Source: Candidatus Bathyarchaeota archaeon
Lineage (GTDB): Archaea > Thermoproteota > Bathyarchaeia > Bathyarchaeales > DTEX01
Length of the DNA stretch: 62,344 nt
Assembly: GCA_018396655.1 (NCBI GenBank)
Contig: JAGTQF010000005.1
Location: 1 to 62,344, forward strand
Direction of reading: 5' to 3'
Shown: positions 36,488-45,302 of the stretch, piece by piece
Position numbering within the stretch: position 1 is the stretch's first letter
Layout of the letters: each line of letters begins with the position of its first letter
Made by a program: the position numbers and the translations under genes
Notes under the pieces: generated by a model
Database searches by the model: none
Told to the model about the DNA's origin: nothing
What the model saw: only the letters and a program-made list of their open reading frames with translations

Positions 36488-36563
36488 TAGTGCACCTCAC
36501 ACGCAGCGAGAATAAATGGACAAAATAAATTGAGGGGTGAATAGATATAGATAATGGATGTTT

Positions 36564-36962
36564 TTAGGGAGGTTTAAAGAAGTATCTGGGCCACTGGGGC
36601 CATGTTTGCGGTATATCCACTTTGAAGTCGATTTCAAGGGTCATGCCTATCTTTAAGTCTTCAGGCTTTACTCCCTGAATTATGCCGGGAAGGCGGACAC
36701 CTTCGTCGAGCTCAACTATGCCAAAAATATATGGAACCAGATGCTGGAACTTCTCTGGAGCAACATGTATCACCGTATATGTCAAGAGCTTACCCCTTCC
36801 CTTAAGCTGAATCCACTTCAAACTGGTTGATAGACAATTTGGGCATAGCGGCCTCGGTGGAATAAGGATCTTCCCGCAATTCTCACACTTCACAGCCATA
36901 ATCTTCTTCTCAGCTATAAACCTGTAGAATTGCTCTATGGTGAATTGTGCGGCTTCACTCAA
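36564..36962 (-). CDS. DUF35 Zn-ribbon/OB-fold protein (thiolase/HMGCS scaffold family)
   Basis: 132 aa. CENCGKILIPPRPLCPNCLS zinc ribbon followed by an OB-like region. 4-nt gap from thiolase. Confidence 0.8.
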   Translation of the reverse strand: MSEAAQFTIEQFYRFIAEKKIMAVKCENCGKILIPPRPLCPNCLSTSLKWIQLKGRGKLLTYTVIHVAPEKFQHLVPYIFGIVELDEGVRLPGIIQGVKPEDLKIGMTLEIDFKVDIPQTWPQWPRYFFKPP

Positions 36963-36966
36963 CCTC

Positions 36967-38139
36967 TCACCCCCTACGGTATATGTGAACTATACATGTC
37001 GCTCCACTTCCACCTAAATTATGCGTTAAACCAATCTCACAGTCATCCACTTGTCTCTTGTCTGCTTGGCCAGTTAGCTGGAGGAAAATTTCATATAGTT
37101 GAGCTACGCCGGTTGCGCCGACAGGATGACCCTTAGCCTTAAGCCCACCGCTGGTATTAACTGGTAGTGAGCCATCTAGTGTTGGGGCTCCACTCTCAAT
37201 AAACTTCCCACCCTCGCCAGGATTACAGAAGCCCAGATCCTCATAGGCGATTATCTCAGCTATCGTGAAACAGTCATGTACCTCAGCGACATCGATGTCC
37301 TTTGGGCTTAGGCCAGCCATGTCATAAGCTTCCTTAGCAGCTATTCTAGTGGCTTTTAGGCTTGTGAGATCATCCCGTTCATATAACCCTATAGCATCAG
37401 TTCCGTGGCCGGAGCCAATTATATAGACTGGCGTATCAGTGTACTTTCTAGCGATATCCGGTCTGGTCAGAATTGCGCAGCTAGCTCCATCTGAAATTAG
37501 GGAGCAGTCGAAAAGCTTTAATGGTTTAGCGATAATTCTTGAGCTTAAAACCTGCTCAACGGTAACTTCTCTTTGCATATGGGCCTTGGGGTTTAGCGTG
37601 CCGTTATGGTGATTTTTAACTGCGACAAGGGCCATCTGCTCTTCAGTTGTCCCATACTTATGCATGTGGGCTGTCGCCATAAGGGCGAAGAGTGCTGGAA
37701 AGGTTGCACCATTCCACTGCTCAAGCGGGAAGTCTGAAGCCATAGCTAAATACTCGGTAGCCTCAAGAGTGGTTCTATTCGTCATCTTTTCGAAGCCGCC
37801 AACCATCACAACATCACATAGCCCCGAGATTATCGCAAATAATCCATATCTTATCGCCGCACCCGACGATGCGCAGGCAACCTCAACCCTCACGGATGGC
37901 GCAGGCAATATGCCAGCCCAATCAGACATTATTGGGGCAGAGTGGCATTGATGCTCAAAGGCCTCACTCATGTTGCCCACTATAAGGGCCTTAATATCCT
38001 TTTTTGGATCTAGGTTTGGGCACGTATCAAAAGCCTCTTTAACAGCCTCTGCAAACAACTCCCTGCTAGAGAAGCCATCCCTCTTACCGAATTTAGATAA
38101 ACCCGCTGAGACTATCGCGGCTAGAGGTCTGCCCTTCAA
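36967..38139 (-). CDS. archaeal thiolase (acetyl-CoA C-acetyltransferase)
   Basis: 390 aa. Active-site VEVACASSGAA, NTSGGLKAKGHPVGATG, GGSGATC. Confidence 0.9.
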   Translation of the reverse strand: MKGRPLAAIVSAGLSKFGKRDGFSSRELFAEAVKEAFDTCPNLDPKKDIKALIVGNMSEAFEHQCHSAPIMSDWAGILPAPSVRVEVACASSGAAIRYGLFAIISGLCDVVMVGGFEKMTNRTTLEATEYLAMASDFPLEQWNGATFPALFALMATAHMHKYGTTEEQMALVAVKNHHNGTLNPKAHMQREVTVEQVLSSRIIAKPLKLFDCSLISDGASCAILTRPDIARKYTDTPVYIIGSGHGTDAIGLYERDDLTSLKATRIAAKEAYDMAGLSPKDIDVAEVHDCFTIAEIIAYEDLGFCNPGEGGKFIESGAPTLDGSLPVNTSGGLKAKGHPVGATGVAQLYEIFLQLTGQADKRQVDDCEIGLTHNLGGSGATCIVHIYRRG

Positions 38140-38232
38140 TGGCCATACCCCAGTTAATAGTGCCTAGCAAAGGTTTAGTACTTAGAGGTATATATCGCTA
38201 GCTGATTTCTGCGTTAACAATGTTTAAGCAGT

Positions 38233-38751
38233 TTAACGCCGCCTAGTGACGCTCGCTTGCCCCTCTTTAATCGCGCTTATGGTATCCTCCGTCCTCCTAA
38301 TGCCTAACTGAGTTATTCGGTACTCTCCCTCAGAAACCTTCTCTACTAATCCATCCTCAATTAAATCCGGTATATCATTGCTTATTGTTTTCCTTGCCTT
38401 TCCAGTCAATTTTGAGAGCTCGCTTACGGACAGCGTGTCCTTCGGAAGTTTCCCAATTCTATTGCCGATATAAGCGCCTAAGAGGGCTAGGCATATTGCG
38501 TTTTTGGCTGATAAGTTAATTTCACGCCTTATGAAAGGGCCATCCTCAGTTATCTCTATAATTCCGGCTATGTTGTTTATGATGCTTGCTATATCAGGTG
38601 TGTAAGTTATTTTCTGGACTATTTCGATAGCCGGACATATTTTAGCCAAAAACCTCAGTATAGATTCGAGGACTTGGTTGACGCCTCCTTCAAAGTCCAC
38701 CTTAACTTCGCCAAACTCTAAATGAACCTTTACGCTATTCTTCTCACTCAA
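38233..38751 (-). CDS. uncharacterised winged-helix protein, paralogue A
   Basis: Start set at TTG 38751 (gives MSEKNSVKVHLEF..., parallel to paralogue B's MSEENT...), preceded by GGAGG and overlapping the stop of B by 8 nt. C-terminal wHTH LSVSELSKLTG...LIEDGLVEKVSEGEYRITQLG. Confidence 0.6.
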   Translation of the reverse strand: MSEKNSVKVHLEFGEVKVDFEGGVNQVLESILRFLAKICPAIEIVQKITYTPDIASIINNIAGIIEITEDGPFIRREINLSAKNAICLALLGAYIGNRIGKLPKDTLSVSELSKLTGKARKTISNDIPDLIEDGLVEKVSEGEYRITQLGIRRTEDTISAIKEGQASVTRRR

Positions 38752-39316
38752 CTCTACCCTTTTCCTCCAGCTTAATCTTTGGTAGCACCTCATCTAAAAA
38801 GTATTTTATGCCTAACGTTGTCACTCTATACTCTCCACGCCCAACCCTCTCAACTAAACCCATATCAGTCAGCTCGCTTAAGCGGGCTGCAACCGTCCCG
38901 CTCTTACCGCCAGTTAAGGCCATTATCTCCGAAGTTGATAGAGAGTCTCTCTCCAATCGACCGGTCTTGTAGCCAATATAGGCTCTTATGAGGTTAAGCA
39001 TAATAACATTTCTATCCCCGCCAAGCCTCTCCCGTGGAACAACTATGACAGGTCCCTCCGGTGTGAACGCTATGAGATCTTTCACGCTTACTAAAAGATT
39101 TTCCAGGTCTATTGTGAGGGTTAGCTGAGACGCTAAATCGTAAGTTGGCAGAACTCTACCCATAAAGCCGAAGAAAGCCCTTAATACCTCATCAGGCTTG
39201 CCGGAGAACCTAGCTTCAACATCCTTATATTTTACGGTTAACTCCAAGTTCGCCTCTCCACAGCCCATAGCCAACAGACCCTTAAAAATACATATAGTAG
39301 TATTCTCCTCACTCAT
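38744..39316 (-). CDS. uncharacterised winged-helix protein, paralogue B
   Basis: 190 aa. Same architecture as A and D. LSTSEIMALTG...LTDMGLVERVGRGEYRVTTLG, EVLPKIK tail. Confidence 0.6.
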   Translation of the reverse strand: MSEENTTICIFKGLLAMGCGEANLELTVKYKDVEARFSGKPDEVLRAFFGFMGRVLPTYDLASQLTLTIDLENLLVSVKDLIAFTPEGPVIVVPRERLGGDRNVIMLNLIRAYIGYKTGRLERDSLSTSEIMALTGGKSGTVAARLSELTDMGLVERVGRGEYRVTTLGIKYFLDEVLPKIKLEEKGRVE

Positions 39317-39383
39317 TAAAAGATTTTGGCAGAGAATAGATTAAAGAATCACTTAATATCCTCTGGCGGCTATAAGAATTTAG

Positions 39384-40127
39384 GTGAAGAGAATGTCTAA
39401 AATTCTTCCTAGGCGCTTAAGCTTCTCTAAGATATGCGATATCTTAGTTGCCTACTTAAATGCTGGTGCAGATAAAGAGTATGTCGGCGTAAGCGAAGTT
39501 GCGGAGAAATCAACTGTTACACTACATAATATCAGCCGCAATAACGGTTTTCTTAAGAGCTGGGGTTTCATAGAAGAGAGCGGTAAGGAGCAGGGAAAAT
39601 ATAAGCTGACTCGTGAGGCTGCTGAGTTCGCTTACGCATATAAAATAGACCCTGAAGGTGACACTACTAGGCGATTGCTGAGAAATATCCTGTGTAAGGA
39701 GGAAGCGCTTCTAAGATTCGTTGAGCGGATGGAGAAGGAGAGTATGGACAGAGACTCCGCGTTAGTGGAGCTGCCGAGGGTTATCGGCGACTTAAGGGCA
39801 GATAAAGTTGGACTTAATGCTTTCCTAGATCTAATCGCATACGCCTTTCAATTAGACTGGTTATACGCCTCCACTAAACCTTCCCCACCCAAAAAGATTA
39901 CTATGCCTGGAGAGGGCAGGGTTGCTAGGAAAACTGTTAGAAGGGCAGAGAGCAAATCTTTAATGCCGCCTAGAGCAATAGTCGAACCGAGAGCAACGAT
40001 CTCAATAAATTTAGCTATAAGCCCTGAAGTAACGCCAAACATGTTAAAGGAGTATATTAAGGCCATGCTTAAAGCATACGACGAGTATTTTCAGGAGAGA
40101 GTTGAGGGGGCTAAAGCTAACGATTAG
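39384..40127 (+). CDS. uncharacterised protein with N-terminal winged helix, basic linker and C-terminal beta-alpha module
   Basis: 247 aa. VGVSEVAEKSTVTLHNISRNNGFLKSWGFIEE...GKYKLT wHTH-like. PPKKITMPGEGRVARKTVRRAESK basic stretch. Divergent from B with 67-bp spacing. Confidence 0.55.
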   Translation: MKRMSKILPRRLSFSKICDILVAYLNAGADKEYVGVSEVAEKSTVTLHNISRNNGFLKSWGFIEESGKEQGKYKLTREAAEFAYAYKIDPEGDTTRRLLRNILCKEEALLRFVERMEKESMDRDSALVELPRVIGDLRADKVGLNAFLDLIAYAFQLDWLYASTKPSPPKKITMPGEGRVARKTVRRAESKSLMPPRAIVEPRATISINLAISPEVTPNMLKEYIKAMLKAYDEYFQERVEGAKAND

Positions 40128-40608
40128 CAGCCTCCTTAAGCTTAGGCAACACCTCCTCCTCTACCCAGCGCTCACCCTTTGGGCTTAAGGCCCACTCAGC
40201 CCTTCCCGGAATCGGCTTAAAAACTAAGCCACGCTTAGCCATTTCATTCAGCCTAGAAGAGACCTGCAATTTTATTCCTGAGTATTCTAGGAGCCGCCTT
40301 ATGGTTGACGGCTTGCTGCATCTGTTTTTAGAGAAGTATAAGGTTAGGGCAATAGCTTCATATTGGGTGATTCCACTAGCATCCTTAAGAACTAGAATTG
40401 GCCCCTCTTCCGTAACCTTAACTATGCCCTCATACTCCTTATTCGTGCTCTGCGAAAGCATCCTTAAAACAATTCTTTCAAGCTCTACAATAAGGTTTTC
40501 GGGGAAGGAGTTTATTGCCGTAACTACCTCATTTATAGTTGAACCTTCAACCACTATTTTACCGAATGATGTCTTTATTTCCGCCTGAATTTTAATCAAA
40601 CAAGACAA
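40117..40608 (-). CDS. uncharacterised winged-helix protein, paralogue D
   Basis: 163 aa. VTEEGPILV motif, LNEMAKRGLVFKPIPGRAEWALSPKG wing, EVLPKLK tail. 11-nt convergent overlap with 39384..40127. Confidence 0.6.
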   Translation of the reverse strand: MSCLIKIQAEIKTSFGKIVVEGSTINEVVTAINSFPENLIVELERIVLRMLSQSTNKEYEGIVKVTEEGPILVLKDASGITQYEAIALTLYFSKNRCSKPSTIRRLLEYSGIKLQVSSRLNEMAKRGLVFKPIPGRAEWALSPKGERWVEEEVLPKLKEAANR

Positions 40609-40709
40609 CCATTCCTCTTTTAGGATCTAGAGCCTTATAACATTTTTCAATTCTCTAAGGATGTGTTTTGGAATGCTTTCTGACATGGATGCAGTTTTTT
40701 CAGCATTAT

Positions 40710-42638
40710 TTAAGCCTTTTTAAGTTCCTCTAAGAGCTTCTCCCTCAAGATCTTGTTAACGGTCTCCGGCTTAACCCTGCCTCTCAGATCTCTCATTATT
40801 ATGCCCATCAACGCTCCGAGCGACCCAATTCCTCTCTCTACAACCAGACTCCTATTTTTCTCTATATACCCATCTATCAGCGTCTTTAAGTCATCATCCG
40901 ATATCATAGTTAATCCGAGCTCTTTTATAGCGTCGCTTGGAGTAGCCTCTTCATGCTCTGTAAGCCACTTAATTATTTCAGGTATCGCCTCCTTAGATGT
41001 CTTCTCTAAGCCAACAAGCCTGAACGCCTCAATTATCTTCTCATCGGGTATAGCGTCAAGGTTCACTCCCTCCCTCCTTAAAGCCTTAAATGTCTCCGTG
41101 AGCGTCGCAGCCACAAACGTCGGCGCAACTCCAGTCTCCTTAACTATTACCTCAAAGAGGTCGAGATACTCGGAATCAGAGAGCTGTCTTGCAAGCTTCT
41201 CGTTTATACCATATTTTTCCATTAATCTTCTCACGGTGACATCTGGCGGCTCCGGCAATTTCTCTTTTAATCGCTCCAGGTAATCGCGGGTTATTTTTAC
41301 TGGCGGTACATCTGTTTCAGGGTACATTCTAGCGGCTCCAGGCCTCGGCCTCATATACCTTGTTGTGCCATCGGGATTGGCTGCACGCGTCTCCTCCGGA
41401 ACCCCTTTTAATGCTTCACGAGCTCTTTCTATGACAGCCTTTAGGGCGTCCTTGGCGTTCTCAATTTTATCAGCGACCAGAACGATAGCATCCTCCTCAG
41501 AGGCGTTCATCCTTCTCTTTAATTCAGATATCTCCTCCTCTGAAACGCCGTAGGCTCTAAGCTCATCCGTATGGAGTATCCCTCCAACCCTACCCCAGAA
41601 CTTCGCCCTATCTGATAGTTCGCCGCCGAACCTTAAGCCTGGTATAAGTTCGAGGCCTAGCAGACCGGAGAATTTTGGTAGCTTAACGGCTAGCACTCTT
41701 CCATCTCTACTTATAGCTCTTTTAAGTACCTGACATTTGGTCCCCGTAAAAATCTCTGTAACGTCGAAAATCTCTTCTTTTAGGTCTTTCTCTTTCACTC
41801 CTCTCCTTATTAGCTCGTCACGGATCTTTAGAAGGTTTATTTGGCGCTGGACCTCATACTCAACAACCTTAGAGATCAGTTCAAGCTCCTGGACGCCTTT
41901 TATCTCAACTAGGGCGCCGCCTCTAATAGATATATTCAGGTCTTGTCTTATCGTTCCAATGCCACGCTTAACTCTTCTTGTAGCCCTCAGTATTCTGCCG
42001 ATTGCAAGAGCAACCTTCTCAGCTTCCTCCGGCGTATTTATCACTGGACCTGTTGTGACCTCAACAAGGGGTATGCCAAGCCTATCAATTCTATATCGCA
42101 CTAGGAGACCATCCTCACCCATCTTTCTCGCAGCATCTTCCTCAAGACTTATATGCTGTATAGGTATAGTCTTACCATCAACTTTTATCGAACCATTCAA
42201 TGCGACGACGCAAGTTCTTTGAAAGCCAGTTGTGTTTGACCCGTCTATAACTATTTTACGCATAACATAGATCTCATCCACTGGCTTGGCATTCATCATA
42301 AGCGCTATGATTAGAGCTATTTCCAGAGCCTCGCGGTTAATCTCGTGGGGCGGCTCCTCATCCATCTCCACAAGGCAGGACGTCTCGCTGTTTGCTTCAT
42401 AAAGAATCTTCACACCCTTCTGGAACTCAAAGTAGGCTGCTGGATCTATTTGACCGAGTTCACTCTGCGTCGGCCTTAGTCTCCGGAGAAACGTTATTTC
42501 CGGGTCGCCCTTAAAAAGCTGAGGCTTACATTTACAGAAGAGCTTCTCCCGCGTTGCAAGCTGCTGGTGGCATTCTAAACCAACTTTAAGATCAAGCGCG
42601 CCATAATCAATCTTCATTAAATCTACCCCCGAATCCAT
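40710..42638 (-). CDS. gatE: Glu-tRNA(Gln) amidotransferase subunit E
   Basis: 642 aa. LKVGLECHQQL and GatB/E core plus C-terminal YqeY-like tail. The true start may be Met-8 (MKIDYG). Confidence 0.9.
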   Translation of the reverse strand: MDSGVDLMKIDYGALDLKVGLECHQQLATREKLFCKCKPQLFKGDPEITFLRRLRPTQSELGQIDPAAYFEFQKGVKILYEANSETSCLVEMDEEPPHEINREALEIALIIALMMNAKPVDEIYVMRKIVIDGSNTTGFQRTCVVALNGSIKVDGKTIPIQHISLEEDAARKMGEDGLLVRYRIDRLGIPLVEVTTGPVINTPEEAEKVALAIGRILRATRRVKRGIGTIRQDLNISIRGGALVEIKGVQELELISKVVEYEVQRQINLLKIRDELIRRGVKEKDLKEEIFDVTEIFTGTKCQVLKRAISRDGRVLAVKLPKFSGLLGLELIPGLRFGGELSDRAKFWGRVGGILHTDELRAYGVSEEEISELKRRMNASEEDAIVLVADKIENAKDALKAVIERAREALKGVPEETRAANPDGTTRYMRPRPGAARMYPETDVPPVKITRDYLERLKEKLPEPPDVTVRRLMEKYGINEKLARQLSDSEYLDLFEVIVKETGVAPTFVAATLTETFKALRREGVNLDAIPDEKIIEAFRLVGLEKTSKEAIPEIIKWLTEHEEATPSDAIKELGLTMISDDDLKTLIDGYIEKNRSLVVERGIGSLGALMGIIMRDLRGRVKPETVNKILREKLLEELKKA

Positions 42639-42644
42639 TAGGCC

Positions 42645-43985
42645 TTAAATCTTGGGAGCTTCTATGGGCTCTATCGTTCTCTCAGAGATCTCGTTTGCAA
42701 TATTTGTTAACATAAGTCTTTTAGCTTCGTCTAAATTTTTGGCTTGCGCAAGACACCACATCATCTTAACGAGCGCGGTTTCGGCAAGCATATCCTCTAA
42801 TGGAAGCACGCCCATGGCCAGCAGATCCCTGCCATTAGAGTAAACGTTCATGTTCACGCGCCCCCAAATGCACTGTGATGTCATGGCTACAATTACGCCC
42901 TTATCGATAGCCCTTTTAATGGCTGGGAAACATTCTCGGCGAACGTGGCCCAATCCAGTTCCCTCAAGGACTATCCCCCTGTAACCTTCAGAAACATACC
43001 AGTCGATTACCCTAGGGTCCATTCCCGGATAAAACTTTATTAATGCAACTCTATCATCAAAGTTCGGCTTTAAAATAAGCTTACGTTCCGGGTCTCTGGG
43101 TCGGTAATTATTCTCGATCATATAGATGCTCCTATCTACGACTCTAGCCAGCGGCTTAGCATTCACGGTCTTAAATGCATCCCTGCGGCTTGTATGACAC
43201 TTTCTAACTTTAGTTCCCCTATGCAAAATTACCGACTCATCTGAAGGGGTTTCATGCATCGCCACCGCTACTTCAGCAAACGGCGCCCTAGATGCTGCTA
43301 AAACGGCTCCTATTAAGTTAATAGCGGCGTCAGAGCTTGGCCTATCCTCAGACCTCTGAGCGCCCACAAATATTACTGGAACTGGGAGATTCTGCAGGGC
43401 GAAGCTTAATGCTGCTGCCGAATATCCCATTGTGTCGGTTCCATGGGCTATGACAACGCCGCAAACGCCCCTAGAAATATGTTGGGCAACGGCCTCAGCC
43501 ATAGCTGTCCAGTGTTTTGGGGTTAAGTCTTCGCTGAAGACGCTGAATAATATTTCAGCATCTATGAGGGCTATGTCTGCCAGCTCGGGGACAATACTGT
43601 ATAGGTCGCCTGCCGAAATAACTGGTCTAACCGCTCCAGTCCTATAGTCAACTCTGCTAGCTATCGTGCCGCCAGTGCTTAAAATTATAACTCTTGGCAG
43701 ATCCGCCTTCTGTTCAGGGGGAAGGGGTGGAATAAATGCTGGCTTAGCTTCCATGCCAACCCTTTCTATTCTTGTTGCTGGCGTGATTTCAACGCCAATA
43801 TTGTAGCCCGACTTAATCTTTATAACTATATGTTTGTCGTCGCCATACTCTGATCTAGGAATCAGAATTCCTTCGAAGCACTCCTCACCTCTAATTATTC
43901 GTATTAAATCCCCAACCTCAGCTCCCGCTTCAAGAAGGACTTTTAAGGCCAGCCCCCTATATCCCGGAAGCTTTCCGCTCATCAC
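42645..43985 (-). CDS. gatD: Glu-tRNA(Gln) amidotransferase subunit D (asparaginase-like)
   Basis: 446 aa. ILSTGGTIAS, HGTDTM asparaginase motifs. Immediately upstream of gatE. Confidence 0.9.
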   Translation of the reverse strand: MMSGKLPGYRGLALKVLLEAGAEVGDLIRIIRGEECFEGILIPRSEYGDDKHIVIKIKSGYNIGVEITPATRIERVGMEAKPAFIPPLPPEQKADLPRVIILSTGGTIASRVDYRTGAVRPVISAGDLYSIVPELADIALIDAEILFSVFSEDLTPKHWTAMAEAVAQHISRGVCGVVIAHGTDTMGYSAAALSFALQNLPVPVIFVGAQRSEDRPSSDAAINLIGAVLAASRAPFAEVAVAMHETPSDESVILHRGTKVRKCHTSRRDAFKTVNAKPLARVVDRSIYMIENNYRPRDPERKLILKPNFDDRVALIKFYPGMDPRVIDWYVSEGYRGIVLEGTGLGHVRRECFPAIKRAIDKGVIVAMTSQCIWGRVNMNVYSNGRDLLAMGVLPLEDMLAETALVKMMWCLAQAKNLDEAKRLMLTNIANEISERTIEPIEAPKI

Positions 43986-44074
43986 GCCTACCCTTACTAT
44001 AATATCTGACCAATGTTATAAAAAGATGATTAAAATGTGATTATGGCAATTTATGTGCTGAAAACATCAGAATC

Positions 44075-44359
44075 TTATGAGAGTATTTTATAGACTTTAT
44101 CGCCCTCCCTAACTCTCTGGTTAACCTTAAGCCCTACACTCTGCCCGCTATACGCGACATTAACATTTTTATGCTCTATTTGCATAGACTCAACTACTTG
44201 CTCAAAATTTGTTGTTGACCCCCTTATTAGGATTCTATCGCCTACTGAGAGAGTGTCGGTTAAATTGACTACAGCAACACCTATCCTAGTGAAGTAATGG
44301 GTTACTCTGCCAACTTCCTTTAACTCTGGCTCAGACATGGATTCTTTCACCATAAACAA
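44075..44359 (-). CDS. small beta-barrel protein, EF-Tu domain-2-like
   Basis: 94 aa. GRVTHYFTRIGVAVVNL...VGDRILIRG...GQSVGLKV pattern. Confidence 0.5.
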   Translation of the reverse strand: MFMVKESMSEPELKEVGRVTHYFTRIGVAVVNLTDTLSVGDRILIRGSTTNFEQVVESMQIEHKNVNVAYSGQSVGLKVNQRVREGDKVYKILS

Positions 44360-44445
44360 AAATATTAAATATGCTCTTAAATGATTTACGATATATGATT
44401 TGTCAGGGAATTTAAGAGAAAAAGGCGCTATCCCAATTTTACATA

Positions 44446-44916
44446 CTATGATAGGCTCTCAAGATCTTTCAGACTTATTCCGAGTTCCTTCGCCTTCTTA
44501 ACTAATTCTTCAAGTTCCGCCTTAAGCTTCCTTTTCTCCTCCTCCTTTGATAAGAATATTGTAAAGGTTTCTAGTGGCCTTACTTCCATTATCTCTATTG
44601 TTGCTGAGAGCGGTTTAAATTCTCCCTTAGGTCCGGTCTCATAGTTTATTGTAAGCCTTGCTGGCTTCTCGGCGGCATTTCGCTTATTTATCTCCTCGAC
44701 TAGCCTACCAGCCAAATCAACCCAAATCTTCTTATTTTCCTCTTTAACTTCAGCCGGGGCTCCAGTATAGAATGTTGAGTAAAACCACCTTTTAGCTCTG
44801 AAGAGTGCGCTCTTGCATGTGGGAGTTATTCTAAATCTCTGAACAGGCATAGGTGCCCCCAAAATAACGATTATAAAACAATGTATATAAATATATCGAG
44901 ATATTGATTGCGACAC
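44446..44916 (-). CDS. hypothetical protein with C-terminal coiled-coil
   Basis: 156-aa ORF. The likely start is Met-23 (coordinate 44850, MPVQRFRITP...). C-terminal KEEEKRKLKAELEELVKKAKELG. Confidence 0.4.
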   Translation of the reverse strand: MSQSISRYIYIHCFIIVILGAPMPVQRFRITPTCKSALFRAKRWFYSTFYTGAPAEVKEENKKIWVDLAGRLVEEINKRNAAEKPARLTINYETGPKGEFKPLSATIEIMEVRPLETFTIFLSKEEEKRKLKAELEELVKKAKELGISLKDLESLS

Positions 44917-45023
44917 CGCTTAAACAATACGTGGCCATCATTAGTCTTCTTCCATGGAATATATTATGTGCGCAAATATGTCTATGATACTAAAGTTTAA
45001 TTTGCTTTTCAAAGTCTCTTAAG

Positions 45024-45281
45024 ATGACTGAAGCAGAGAGGGAGAAAAATATTAAGGGAGGCATGGTGGTGGGTCAGAGACTCAAAATGATGATTGCAAC
45101 ATTAATAATTGGGTTTATAGGCTTTATTTTGGGAGCGGTGGCTAATCTACTCTATGCTCGCATCCTTCCACTACTGCTGGAGATGTTTCCACAGATTTTC
45201 TCAATTGGATGGGTGATATGGGGTTTAATTGGGGCGTTCCTCGCAATTATCTGTTGTCTCATCTATGCATACTTACCTTAG
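45024..45281 (+). CDS. small two-TM membrane protein
   Basis: 85 aa. IATLIIGFIGFILGAVANLLYA and GWVIWGLIGAFLAIICCLIYA. Confidence 0.4.
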   Translation: MTEAEREKNIKGGMVVGQRLKMMIATLIIGFIGFILGAVANLLYARILPLLLEMFPQIFSIGWVIWGLIGAFLAIICCLIYAYLP

Positions 45282-45302
45282 AGCCTTAGTGGTGACATAG
45301 AG

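Noticed and set aside
40753-42222. Long + strand ORFs (176 aa, 62 aa, 161 aa) inside gatE
   Set aside because: These are Ser/Ile/Phe-rich shadow ORFs antisense to a gene with unambiguous GatE homology.
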